From contig CATNEN010000038.1 in assembly GCA_950097015.1 (NCBI GenBank), positions 1,674,001 through 1,738,000 on the forward strand: 64,000 bases of DNA. The letters run 5' to 3'. A model generated the notes under the pieces. The model searched no databases and was not told the origin of the DNA. It saw only the letters and a program-made list of their open reading frames with translations. Made by a program: the position numbers and the translations under genes. Positions 25,818 through 36,812 of the stretch are shown piece by piece (positions within the stretch are counted from its first letter, which is position 1; the number at the start of each line of letters is the position of its first letter). The stretch is from Macrostomum hystrix. Lineage: Eukaryota; Animalia; Platyhelminthes.

Positions 25818-27022
25818 TGCTGCTACTGCGATTGTGCGTCAAGGCAAGATAGATTTCTTTTGGAACCAGATTCTAGTAAGTTGCCTGTCAAAAAGCCCAA
25901 ACAATCGTCTTTTTGTACCCGTTAACTCGTGCAGCACACACGACTCAGGCAGATGACTCGCGGCACAGTTTTCGACACCGAGTTCAACTACGAGCGGTAG
26001 TTGCCTATTAGCGGTAACATAAATGTGGCGAGTGGCTGTTGGTCTAAACCTTTGTATTGAAGACAAAAGCACAATTACGAGTAATCCCTCGAAAAGCCTA
26101 ACTTTTTTAGAGACAAACTTGTCCAAGGACCACTTTAGCAGACAGATGCAAGACTCGATTCGTGGAAAAATGTTGACAGCCGATTTTAAGCAAAGCTGTA
26201 TCGGGGAGAGCCGAGCTGTATCGAGGAGATGATTAAATTCCGTTAATTTTATAAAGGTAACATTTCTGAAAGAAATCTATTCATATTAATAGGACGAGTG
26301 GCCTTAAATCTCATACTGACACTGCAGCTGTCTGCATGGCTCCCAACGGATAAAATCAATAAAAATAACTATCAGTAGTCATCGAGTCATCGCCAAAATG
26401 TACTTTTCGCGTAAGAAACATCTTCACAGATTTCTTCATAAATCGAGTCTCGCTAATTTAGTAGCCCTTGAATATGCGACGCGTCGCAAATCTTTCTTCG
26501 GTCTGTAGTCAAATTTTTAAATTTTAATAACCTAATTGTTGAGCATATTTAGTTTTAAAACAAAATTCATAGCGGTATTTTTACGCTTTTTTTACTTTCA
26601 AACAATATATAGAATTCAAAAATGGAAGTTCTATGATTTCTATAAAATGGATTGAAACCTTTATTAAAGTTGATTTCAAAAACCCGCATCAAGCTATCTA
26701 TTTCAGACTCTATTTAGACACTAATTATAAATTTAACTCCAGTCACGACTGCAAAGGTAAATTTAACATGTCATTTCCGTGTCTACCGACTTCCGCCGAC
26801 GCAGTCGCTATTAATTGTTCGCTAGCAGCTTAATAAAGACTTAACTTTAAAGAGGTTAACATTTGTTACTATCACGGCTCGATTTTAAAGAGGGATGTAT
26901 ATTTTGGTTGCAATCTGTTTATCGAAGCAGCACACTTAAATGCCAGAAAATTCAGTTGATAACTGGTCGATTAGGTAGTGGCAAGTCTATCGGACATAAC
27001 AGAATCAATTTAAAAAATCATA

Positions 27023-29796
27023 ATGTTCCGTTGGATCTTAACAAGAGCACTTGTTGCATGTTCGCTTTTTATTGTAACAAGCGCAGATTGGGTGCCAGAA
27101 GTGAGCCATAAAGATCTGCCCAACCCGGAAGAAATGTGCCACTGGCTCTCTGAGCGCAAAAGCAATGCCATACGATTTTCGACGCTTCCTGGTAAGAAAA
27201 TGAGAGCGCTGCTCACAAATTTCGCTTCAACTCGAGCACTGCAACCCTTACAGGTGGCGGCTGGGACAACCTGCGCAACAAGGACATGGGCCAGGTGGCC
27301 GAAGTCTCATTCAGCGACTGCAAGCTCTCCGACGATGGCACGTACATCCTGCCACGCAATGTCATCCTTCTGATCCGGAAGGAGTCCGCTGTCGAGGTCA
27401 TGTCCGAGATCATGGAGCACTTTAACAACTACAGTAGCACCGTCAGCTCAACCGTCAATGCTGAAGCCTCAAATCAGTGCTTTGGCATTAGCGGAAAGCT
27501 GTCGGATGAGTTTCAGCAGGTGAAGTCGGTGTCCGTGAAAAGCAAACTGAACATCGGACGCACGCAGCTGCGCTACCGACTGTACACGGCCAAGCTGCAG
27601 CCAGACTTTCGATTCTCCAGCGCATTCGTTGGTCGCATGGCGGACATTGTGAACGCCATCGCCAGCAACCGGACGAAGCTGGCTCGATACCTGTCAGACC
27701 TGGTGGTCCGCGACTTCGGTACGCACGCCATCACTACCGTAGAGGCTGGCGGAGTACTCGAGAAGATCGACTTTATCAACTCGGATGTTTTTAAAAGCCG
27801 AGAGACAATTGAGAAAAAGTTTTCGGCTTCAATGAGTCTGAGCTTCTTCAATCTACTGAATATGTCAGCTGGAGTCAAATACGGTGTTCGTAGCGATAGT
27901 TTAGAAGAATACCAGAAGAGTGTCAGCAAGATGTCGATCAGATCGCACGGCGGTCCTATCCTGGGCGCGAATCCGAGTCTGGACGACTGGTTGAGAGGCC
28001 TAAGGGAGAATCTAGTTCCAGTGGATAGGGACGGGGAGCCGCTGTACGCCATCGTCAACAGGAGATCTTTGCCCGACATGCCACTGACGTTCTTGCTACA
28101 GCTGCGAAAGGAAATAGAAAATGCTGTTACCAGGTGAGTTTTGATTAGCGCATCTCAAAGCGCTAGTGCACAAAGAAAGGGCACAATGACCTGTGAAACT
28201 TTGAATCTTCATAAAATTAGCTCGAGGAATACCAAGCGTGAAGCGGAATAAAAGGTCTAATAAAGTTACTCTTCATCATAATTTAAATAAATTTTGTGAC
28301 AGTCTTACTTGTCTAATTGCGCATAAAAGAGCTACCGCTTGCTCAATGTCGTAATCCAGGTACTACAGCGCCAACACAGTCAAGGGCTGTCAAGACCCGA
28401 ATTCAGCCAACTTTGATCCAGTGGCAAATCTGGAGGGCCACTGCGAGTCACCGGCAACAAACTACAGTTTTGCCGGAGTCTACCAGACATGCACCGAGAC
28501 TAGACCCAGTCTGGGAGTCTGCGCAGCCAACAGCGGAGCTCTGAAGAACCCGATCACAGGGACTTTTGCTTGTCCGGAGGGCTACGAAGAAGTAATTCTT
28601 CTTCACTTGATTTAATCAAGTCTCTTCACTTGATTTAATCAAGTCTCTTCACTTGATTTAATCAAGTCTCTTCACTTGATTTATAAAAAAACAACTCTGG
28701 AAACTTATTTTAGGTGCCACTTTTTACAACTCGAGGCGCTAGTAGAGTCAAGTGCACCAGGAAAACCACGAGCTGTTGGCTAATTTTAACCTGCGACGAC
28801 GGCGAATCCTGCGAAGAGTCGAGCAGCACCCTGAGTACGTTCTGGTGCGCGGCCAGAAAGGGCGCCCGACTGAGACCTCACTCGGGCATGGTGTTCGGCG
28901 GGGCCTACTCAACCACCGGTCGATTCGTAAATGTAGTCACCCAAACAGCTTCGTGTCGAGACTTTTTCAGACCTTATCTGATTGGCCGAGACATAGTATT
29001 GTGCTTGAGCATGGACTTGCATTTGGCAGCTCGCTATCGACTTCCTTTCGGAGGCTTCTTCTCGTGCCACTCTGGAAACCCGCTTGCCGAGCCGAACCGA
29101 GGTCTCGTGGCTTCCACTCGCGGTGGCGGTTCTAGCAACGTCGCTCCATCAGCATCGTTGAAACAGTGCCCCGATGGCTTTAGCCAGTTCACTCTGGACA
29201 CTATTGACGGCTGCGCTATCATGCAGTGCATTAAGTCTCGCTCCGGGCCTGGTCGCTTGCCAGTTCGACGTCCGCCGTTCGAGGAGCCCGACTATGAGCT
29301 GATCGAGCGGCCGGTCACTCGAGTTGAGAGTCACGGCTGGCGTTGGGGCTACAACGTGAGTAGCAATTCATGGAGATTCATGGGTTTCTTTGGCAACGAC
29401 AGGCAAAGTGGAATTGTACTCAAGGCGGCGTCCAGAATGTCAGCTGCATCGACTTCCAGCTCAACGGACTTTTCGCTACTCACTGGACTAATTGGCTGTC
29501 TAGCAGGAGCAATCTGCGGCGTCATCCTGACCGCGATGATTTTTCGCAGGTGCAACAAGTCCGTTTCTCGAATCCGTCACCCGTTTCGCAGTCGCGAATG
29601 TGATGACGATGCATCAAGAGAAGCTGAGATTGCTCGAAGACCTCTTGGTGTGAGTGGGTCAACAAGCGCTAAAAGAACCGTCTACGGCGCTGTGAGGGCA
29701 GACGAGCTGCTAGATCGGTGCAGCCAGGCCGAATATCAAGAACACGTAGACATGGACGATGAGGTGGAGGTTACGTGTCATCGAAGTACTGTTTAG
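27023..29796 (+). CDS. MPEG1: MPEG1/Perforin-2-like MACPF protein, copy C; exons 27023-27191, 27254-28133, 28360-28591, 28714-29796
   Basis: Signal peptide, RFSTLPG|GGWDNLRNKDMGQV, VVRDFGTHAITTVEAGG, P2 domain, TM LLTGLIGCLAGAICGVILTAMIF. Divergently oriented from copy B. Confidence 0.92.
28598..28683. repeat. 23-bp minisatellite with internal palindrome (CTCTTCACTTGATTTAATCAAGT)n, ~3.5 copies, MPEG1-C intron 3
   Basis: Tandem repeat; ACTTGATT-T-AATCAAGT is a perfect inverted repeat. Confidence 0.9.
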
Positions 29797-30464
29797 ATAT
29801 AACTCAACACCACTGAGCGTTATGAGTTCAAACTTATTTTACGACTGATGATATAAATGCAACGGCTGACAGAAAGACTTCTGGCAATAGACACTTGATT
29901 ATTCAGTATTTACATAACGATAACAAGTTTTGTTCTCAAAATAATATCAAATTCACATTAACTGATATCTACGAGTATTTAACATTCGCTGATGATAATT
30001 CCCAGATGTAATTTTTTGCTAGTTAAGTTAGGTAGCATGTGTTAGTCGCAGATAAGTGTGCGTGAGCAAACACTTTTAATGAGTTGAATCATGATTGCAT
30101 TATTTAAGAGGGCATTTTACATCAGTAAATTTTGTCACCCTCGCAAAATAGACTTAGTAAAATTGCAGAGTTTTAAATAATGATGTGCATTCGATACATT
30201 AACTCCTACAAAACATTTGCTATAACTAAGTTTACTATTCCAACGAGCCGTACATTAAAAATCCCACATTTTCTAAAAATAAAAATAGCGAGAACTATGC
30301 CACGCAATTGAAAAAAATGGCGCAGATTTACTTCAGGATGAAGTCGAACAAGTAGTAGTTAATCGGCATTTACTAACGAGTCAAATTTTTACTCAATCAT
30401 AATCATAAGAACTAGACGAGATTTGCTGACAGTATAATTTAGTGTTTTTACATAATTTACATAA

Positions 30465-31690
30465 GCTGGGACAACCTGCGCAACAATGACATGGGCCAGG
30501 TGGCCGACGTCTCATTCAGCGACTGCAGGCTCTCCGATGATGGCACGTACATCCTGCTACGCAATGTCATGCTTCTGACGCTGTCGAGGTGATGTCCGAG
30601 ATCATAATGACCGAAAATTTCATAAAATTCAAAAGCACAACCAGTAAGAGCATCAATGCAGAGGGATCAAGCCAGTTCTTGAGCATCGACTTCACCCTTG
30701 TCGGATGAGTTTCAGCTGGTGAAGTCGGTGTCCATGAAAAGCAAACTGAACATCGGACGCACGCAGCTGCGCTACCGACTGTACACGGCCAAGCTGCAGC
30801 CAGACTTTCGATTCTCCAGCGCATTCGTTGGTCGCATGGCGGACATTGTGAACGCCATCGCCAGCAACCGGACGAAGCTGGCTCGATACCTGTCAGACCT
30901 GGTGGTCCGCGACTTCGGTACGCACGCCATCACTACCGTGGAGGCTGGAGGAGTTCTTGAGACAATGTATTTATTTAGCACGGATAAGTAGAGTAGCTAG
31001 CATGTCGACGAGTCAAGTACGTCAGGCTGTTTGAGCCATAGTTTTCTTAGCATGCTAAATGTATCTCTTAAAAGCAGCTTTAGCGAGATCGATCGATTAT
31101 GTACCTGATTACCAGAAGAGAGTCGAAAAGATGTCTAAAAGATGAAATGCATTCTAAAAGCTTTCTGGTGCGCGTCTTGCAAGACCACTCAGCCTAGCAA
31201 GCACACCTTACACAAGCAAGCAAGACCCCATGCCTACTTGAGTCAAGGCCGATTCATCAAGCATGTGACTCACGCAGCCTCCTGCCAGGAGTTCGTTCTT
31301 CAAACCGTTCCAGATCGGACGAGACATTCAGCTGTGACTAAGCATGAGTTTGTACCTGGCCGCGAATCAGCGAATGCAGTTTGGCGGCTTGTTCTCGTGT
31401 CGCTATGGCAATCCCAACTCAGCTGGCAATAGCCCCCAGCCAGACCGTGAAGCAGTGCCCGGAGACCTATAGCCGAACTACCGTGGACACAGTCGACGGC
31501 TGCGCTGTGATGCAGTGCGTCAAGTTGAGCACCGCACAAGAGCAGCGGCTGGCGCTGGGCCTACAATGTGGGCAGCCACTCGTGGAGTCTTCTGGGCTAC
31601 TTTGGCAGCCCGGCTGAAAGGTCCACTGACTCAGAGCAAACTCGGCAGGCCAGACAGCAGAGTAACTGAATGCCGATGCCGCCAAGTACG
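30465..31690 (+). pseudogene. MPEG1-like pseudogene, copy D
   Basis: Starts at WDNLRN with no signal-peptide exon seen. Frameshifts and stops, a large deletion from the MACPF C-terminus to mid-P2, and remnants FWCA, KQCPETYS..TVDTVDGCAVMQCVK and GWRWAYN..SWSLLGYFG. Confidence 0.88.
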
Positions 31691-32863
31691 CCAGCTCAAC
31701 GACACTGGGTGCCACAACAAAGCCTCACGCGTAGAATATTCCTGCTGGTGACAAACTTCTTCAAAAAACAAAGACTGACGCCATTATATAATGAGATTTC
31801 TTGACTGTTCTGGAATAAGCAGATGATCCTAATACACTTTTTCTTCAAGCTTGGTAAAAATTATCTAATCACCAGAAGCTTTAAATAATCCAGTAAAACG
31901 TTTTATAGGTAGAATTTCGTTAAGCCCCAAACGAAATCGACACAAATACAATGATTCAGTAAGTGAAGGTCATATTTTATTTTAACAATCACAGCGAAAC
32001 ATTTTATGTAAGTTTCATGTTGAATTTTACAATAAAGAACCCCATATTCGAAATAAAAATCGCCAATACCGACAAACTTCATGAAAAAAACTGTAGAGCA
32101 ACAATGAACGAGGTAAAATAAAAAACATTTAGAAAGGGTGAAATTATGAAAAGCAACGCGGAAGCAGTCTACAGTATTCTCGAGGTTCTGAACACACGAA
32201 CGAATGGGAATAGAAGCAGCATTGCGGATTTCTTTAACTCAGTACAGACACCGGGCAAGAGCCTGGAAATTACTCTCAAATGTCCTGTAAGTACATAGAA
32301 TTTGTAATGCTATGAAAGACACAACAATGGCACCTAACCAGTTGGGCCAGATGTACAGGCAGTGGCACAGGGTTGTCAAAATCACATCTATTGCAGCTAA
32401 TGCTGGTACCCATCTTATGGCTTTGCGCAGAAAGAAGACAAATAGTTTCCCCTGTGCTGGGATAAAAACTACCGAGTTCTGAGTTCTGAGTCCCTGGGCT
32501 GCAACGTCCCCTGAGACTGCTCAGTGAAATTATGTTCATTATAGCAACGCAAAACTTAATAGAATAAATCGATAATAGTATGAGCAAAATCTAGTTTTAT
32601 ACGAGTACTCTCAAACACACGATTAAAAAAGCCAAAACTGATTAAGAAAGTGTTAACAAGGAACACCTATAAAATGGGAATGGTTAAAAGGCCAATTAAT
32701 TGTTTAATTAACTAGAAAAATTCCTTATAACTAAATGAAAATGCAAAAAATGTAATAATTAGAACAGTTCTAACACACATTCATTACAGGATTAATAATT
32801 AGAATATGGCTATTACATGCATAATGTAGATTGATTAGCAAATCAAAATCCAGGTCATACAGG

Positions 32864-34455
32864 TCACTCAGACAGTTTCACAATGTCAACCAGCAATGGC
32901 TGCTTGGACTTGAAGTCCAACAGGCGCCTGGAGCAGCAGTCGTAAGCAGCGGTGATCACACCCCAGGACAGCATCGCCCGGCAACAGTTGGCCGGCGCGC
33001 CGCGCATCAGGCCACGGCCGCGCTCAGTTGCTAGGCGAACCAGCACATCCTGCACGGACTGCAGCGGCCCGCCAACACGGGCCTGCATGCTAGACTTGGC
33101 CACATTCAGCGGATAAACCACGGTTGAAATGGCGCCGCCAATAAGTGCCCCGTGTAGGAACTGGGCCAGCAACTGGTTGGAAACTGCGGGCAGCCAGTGC
33201 TGAGTTCGTTCGCGAAGACTAAAGTACAGAACTGTACTGCTGACATTGCGCAGAAGCACCTGTCAGGCATGAGGGTCAATTTAGGCTGAGATGCGAATGA
33301 GAAGCAGCTGCCCCCCTTCAAGGAGGCAAATGGATTGCGGGCCCCCCCTCACCGCGCTGAAGCCGCGATACCATTCGGCGATGCCGTGCCATCGCTGCAA
33401 CTCGGCGAAGGTGTGAAACGTGTCGCGATACCGCCTGCCACTGTCGCCCATCTGCAGCAATGTCTGCACCCTCTCGAATGGCATCAGCACCGCTTCGCAG
33501 GCTCCCGCGACGCCAGCGGCCGCAGCCGCCTTCGCGATCTCCGCAGACCTCTTGGCGTCCTTGGCAACCGAAACCCGGCATACGCGAGGACCTCCGTCGT
33601 CGAAAAAACGCCTGGCACCGGAGTAGCAGCCGAACATGACGCCAAGGTTACTGGCCCGCTGCAGCAGCGGCGGCAGAGCGCCTCTGAAATGTGCCGCCAA
33701 TCAAATTCTTTAATGTGTCAGTCCTTCAGTGCCAGTGAGTTTGCTGTGACCCATGCCTCAGTACTTCAGCGCCAGTGAGTCAGCTGTGACCCATGCCTCA
33801 GCCCTTCAGTGCCAGTGAGTCAGCTGTGACCCATGCCTCAGCCCTTCAGCGCCAGTGAGTCAGCTGTGACCCATGCCTCAGCCCTTCAGCGCCAGTGAGT
33901 CAGCTGTGACCCATGCCTCAGCCCTTCAGTGCCAGTGAGTCAGCTGTGATCCATGCCTCAGCCCTTCAGTGCCAGTGAGTCAGCTGTGATCCATGCCTCA
34001 GCCCTTCAGTGCCAGTGAGTCAGCTGTGATCCATGCCTCAGCCCTTCAGTGCCAGTGAGTGAGCTGTGACCCATGCCTGAGTCTTCGAGATCCTACAATC
34101 CCTAAGATTGGAGGCTGCAGCCCCATATTATCTGAGGAGTCCCAGTGTATAAACTAAATAGCTGCCGCAGCCATTAGAAGCAGCTTTGAATGAGTTCTCA
34201 CCTGTACATAGTGGAGAACTCAGCTAGCAGCACCTGCTTAGCAGCCGTACCAAAGGTCAAGTTGTGCAACTGTTGCCTGAACACTATTTTATTCAACGGG
34301 AAGCTGACTGCCACATTGCTAACGGCTGACACGGCACCGCAGAGGTAGCATTGGCCGGCTGTGAGTGCAGCTGCTCCACCCACTGTGCTCACACTGCCGG
34401 AAGCTGGAGTTGTCCACAGACATTGCTGCTGCTGCTGGTTCTGCTGCTTTGGCAT
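32864..34455 (-). CDS. SLC25A51: Mitochondrial carrier, SLC25A51/MCART1-like (NAD+ carrier family); exons 34202-34455, 33353-33683, 32864-33259
   Basis: YLCGAVSAVSNVAVSFPLNKIVFRQQL, YRGALPPLLQR, EAVLMPFERVQTLLQ, YRGFSAVLLRN, YPLNVAKSSMQ and RAMLSWGVITAAYD are characteristic of SLC25A51/52/53. Confidence 0.88.
33720..34080. repeat. 40-bp minisatellite (GCCCTTCAGTGCCAGTGAGTCAGCTGTGACCCATGCCTCA)n, ~9 copies, SLC25A51 intron 1
   Basis: Exact 40-bp period. Confidence 0.97.
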
Positions 34456-35899
34456 TACGGCACTGAAAGTGACACACTGCAGAAATGAGAAAATAGCTGC
34501 TCATGGCAAAACTTCCCGTAAAATAAACAGGTAATTACTTGACTTTATATCCTAGCTAGGTAATTGGTACTTTCAACTACAATTATAATTTTGTGATAAC
34601 TAAATTAACTTGAAAATGTATTGTGTCTCCATAGATTTAGACCATTTAAAGCTCATTTGAAGATTTTTTAGCCAGATTTAACTAAGAATCTATTCAAGAT
34701 TATTAGGAATTTACGAGTATATTCTGAGCAGTATAAATTAAATGTACATTTTGAACACCAGCACAAGATGGTATTGATGCACGCACACATGCGGCATTAG
34801 TCATACACGTAGGATACTAATGTATTTATTTACGAGTATATAGAGATTTACAATACAAAATATACAGTCAGCTATTGCTATATGAATAAATAACATGCTT
34901 AGTTTGTACACGACACAAAAATAAGCATAAAACCACTCACATACTACTATTAGTGCAAGTATACAGGAGGGCAATAGATTTAGCTGCTGTTTAAAAAACT
35001 GGACACAGTAAAAACACGCTGAAAAAGAATTAAGAGGAAAATCATCACAAGTATAAATAGAAGGGCTTGAAATAAATATGAGAACAGAGGCATGCTGCAC
35101 AGATTTACATGTACGAGCACTTTAAGCACGCACAGGCAAGTTAAAAAAAAACACAAGACAGACGGTCGATTTGACTGACAGGTGAAAAAGAGTAGATCAG
35201 AGTAACCAATGCATAAAATCAATCTGAAATAGTCTTTAGTAATTTGCTTTTTTCATAAAGTGAGTACTAGGTCTAGGGGCCCTTATCGGTTTCGCATGTA
35301 CTTTAGGATTCTAAATAGGCTATTCAGGTTTAGAAGTCGTCAAACATTTTAAATTTCCAATCCTCTGAACAAACAATAAAAGCCTTAGAACTCGTAAATT
35401 AAAATAGACTAAACCGAAGCCATGATTAAAAATTATAACTCACAAAACAATCCAGAAGCAGAATTATGAACAGCATAAGGTCGAGTCGATGTACACAAGT
35501 TTGTGCGCTCGTCCCTGATACACAATGCGCAGTTTGTTTAAAAGAAACAAAAGCACAACAATGGTTGGATTAGTCTGCGGGAACACAGCCTCATCATAAT
35601 CTAGGAAAATCAACTGGATATGACTGCAACAGCTTCAGTACGACAACTGCAAGAAAAACGGATCGCTAAAACTGTTCGTTCTCTTTTTTAATAATAAAAA
35701 TCTAGTAAAAACACTAGTTAAAAAAGGAATATCGACTCAGTAAAGCATACTGCTATTAGGGCCTAGTGTTAATCAATGCTGCAGGGTCCGCAACCCTCTT
35801 TGGCCTGGATGCCAAAGAGAATATAAAATACAACAACAGCAGGAGGAATCGACATTGGAGTGAGAATTAGACTAGGGGAGAGGTGAGGAAATAGATAGT

Positions 35900-36690
35900 G
35901 GTGAGATGAGACATGGGAGAGATAAGGCAGGGGAGAGATGAGACAGGGGAGAGATGAGACAGGAGTGAGATGAGACAGGGGAGAAATGAGACAGGAGTGA
36001 GATGAGACATGAGAGAGATGAGACAAGGGAAAGATGAGACAGGGGAAAGATGAGACAGGGGAGAGATGAGACAGGGGAGAGATGAGACAGGGAAGAGATG
36101 AGACAGGGGAGAGATGAAATAGGGGTGAGATGAGACAGGGGAGAAATGAGACAGGAGTGAGATGAGACAGGAGAGAGATGAAATAGGGGTGAGATGAGAC
36201 AGGGGAGAAATGAGACAGGAGTGAGATGAGACAGGGGAGAGATGAGACAGGGGAGAGATGAGACAGGGGAGAGATGAGACAGGGGAGAGATGAGACAGGG
36301 GTGAGATGAGACAGGGGAGAAATGAGACAGGAGTGAGATGAGACAGGGGAGAGATGAGACATGGGAGAGATGAGACAGGGGAGAGATGAGACAGGGGAGA
36401 GATGAGACAGGGGTGAGATGAGACAGGGGAGAAATGAGACAGGAGTGAGATGAGACAGGGGAGAGATGAGACATGGGAGAGATGAGACAGGGGAGAGATG
36501 AGACAGGGGAGAGATGAGACAGGGGTGAGATGAGACAGGGGAGAAATGAGACAGGAGTGAGATGAGACAGGGGAGAGATGAGACATGGGAGAGATGAGAC
36601 AGGGGAGAGATGAGACAGGGGAGAGATGAGCCAGGGGAGAGATGAGACAGGAGTGAGATGAGACAGGGGAGAAATGAGCCAGGTGATTTA
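35900..36690. repeat. 16-bp purine-rich minisatellite (GAGACAGGGGAGAGAT)n, ~48 copies, just 3' of CNOT6
   Basis: Tandem repeat; same unit as inside the hAT MITEs at 47679 and 50212. Confidence 0.95.
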
Positions 36691-36812
36691 CCTGGCAATT
36701 ATTTGCGTAAAGAACAATAAAAAGTGCTTGCAGGCCCTAGAAATATTGTTAAAATTATTTTTAGCAGCGAGTCAAGTTGCAGTTTAAAAAGTGATAAAAA
36801 AAGTTTCGGCCA

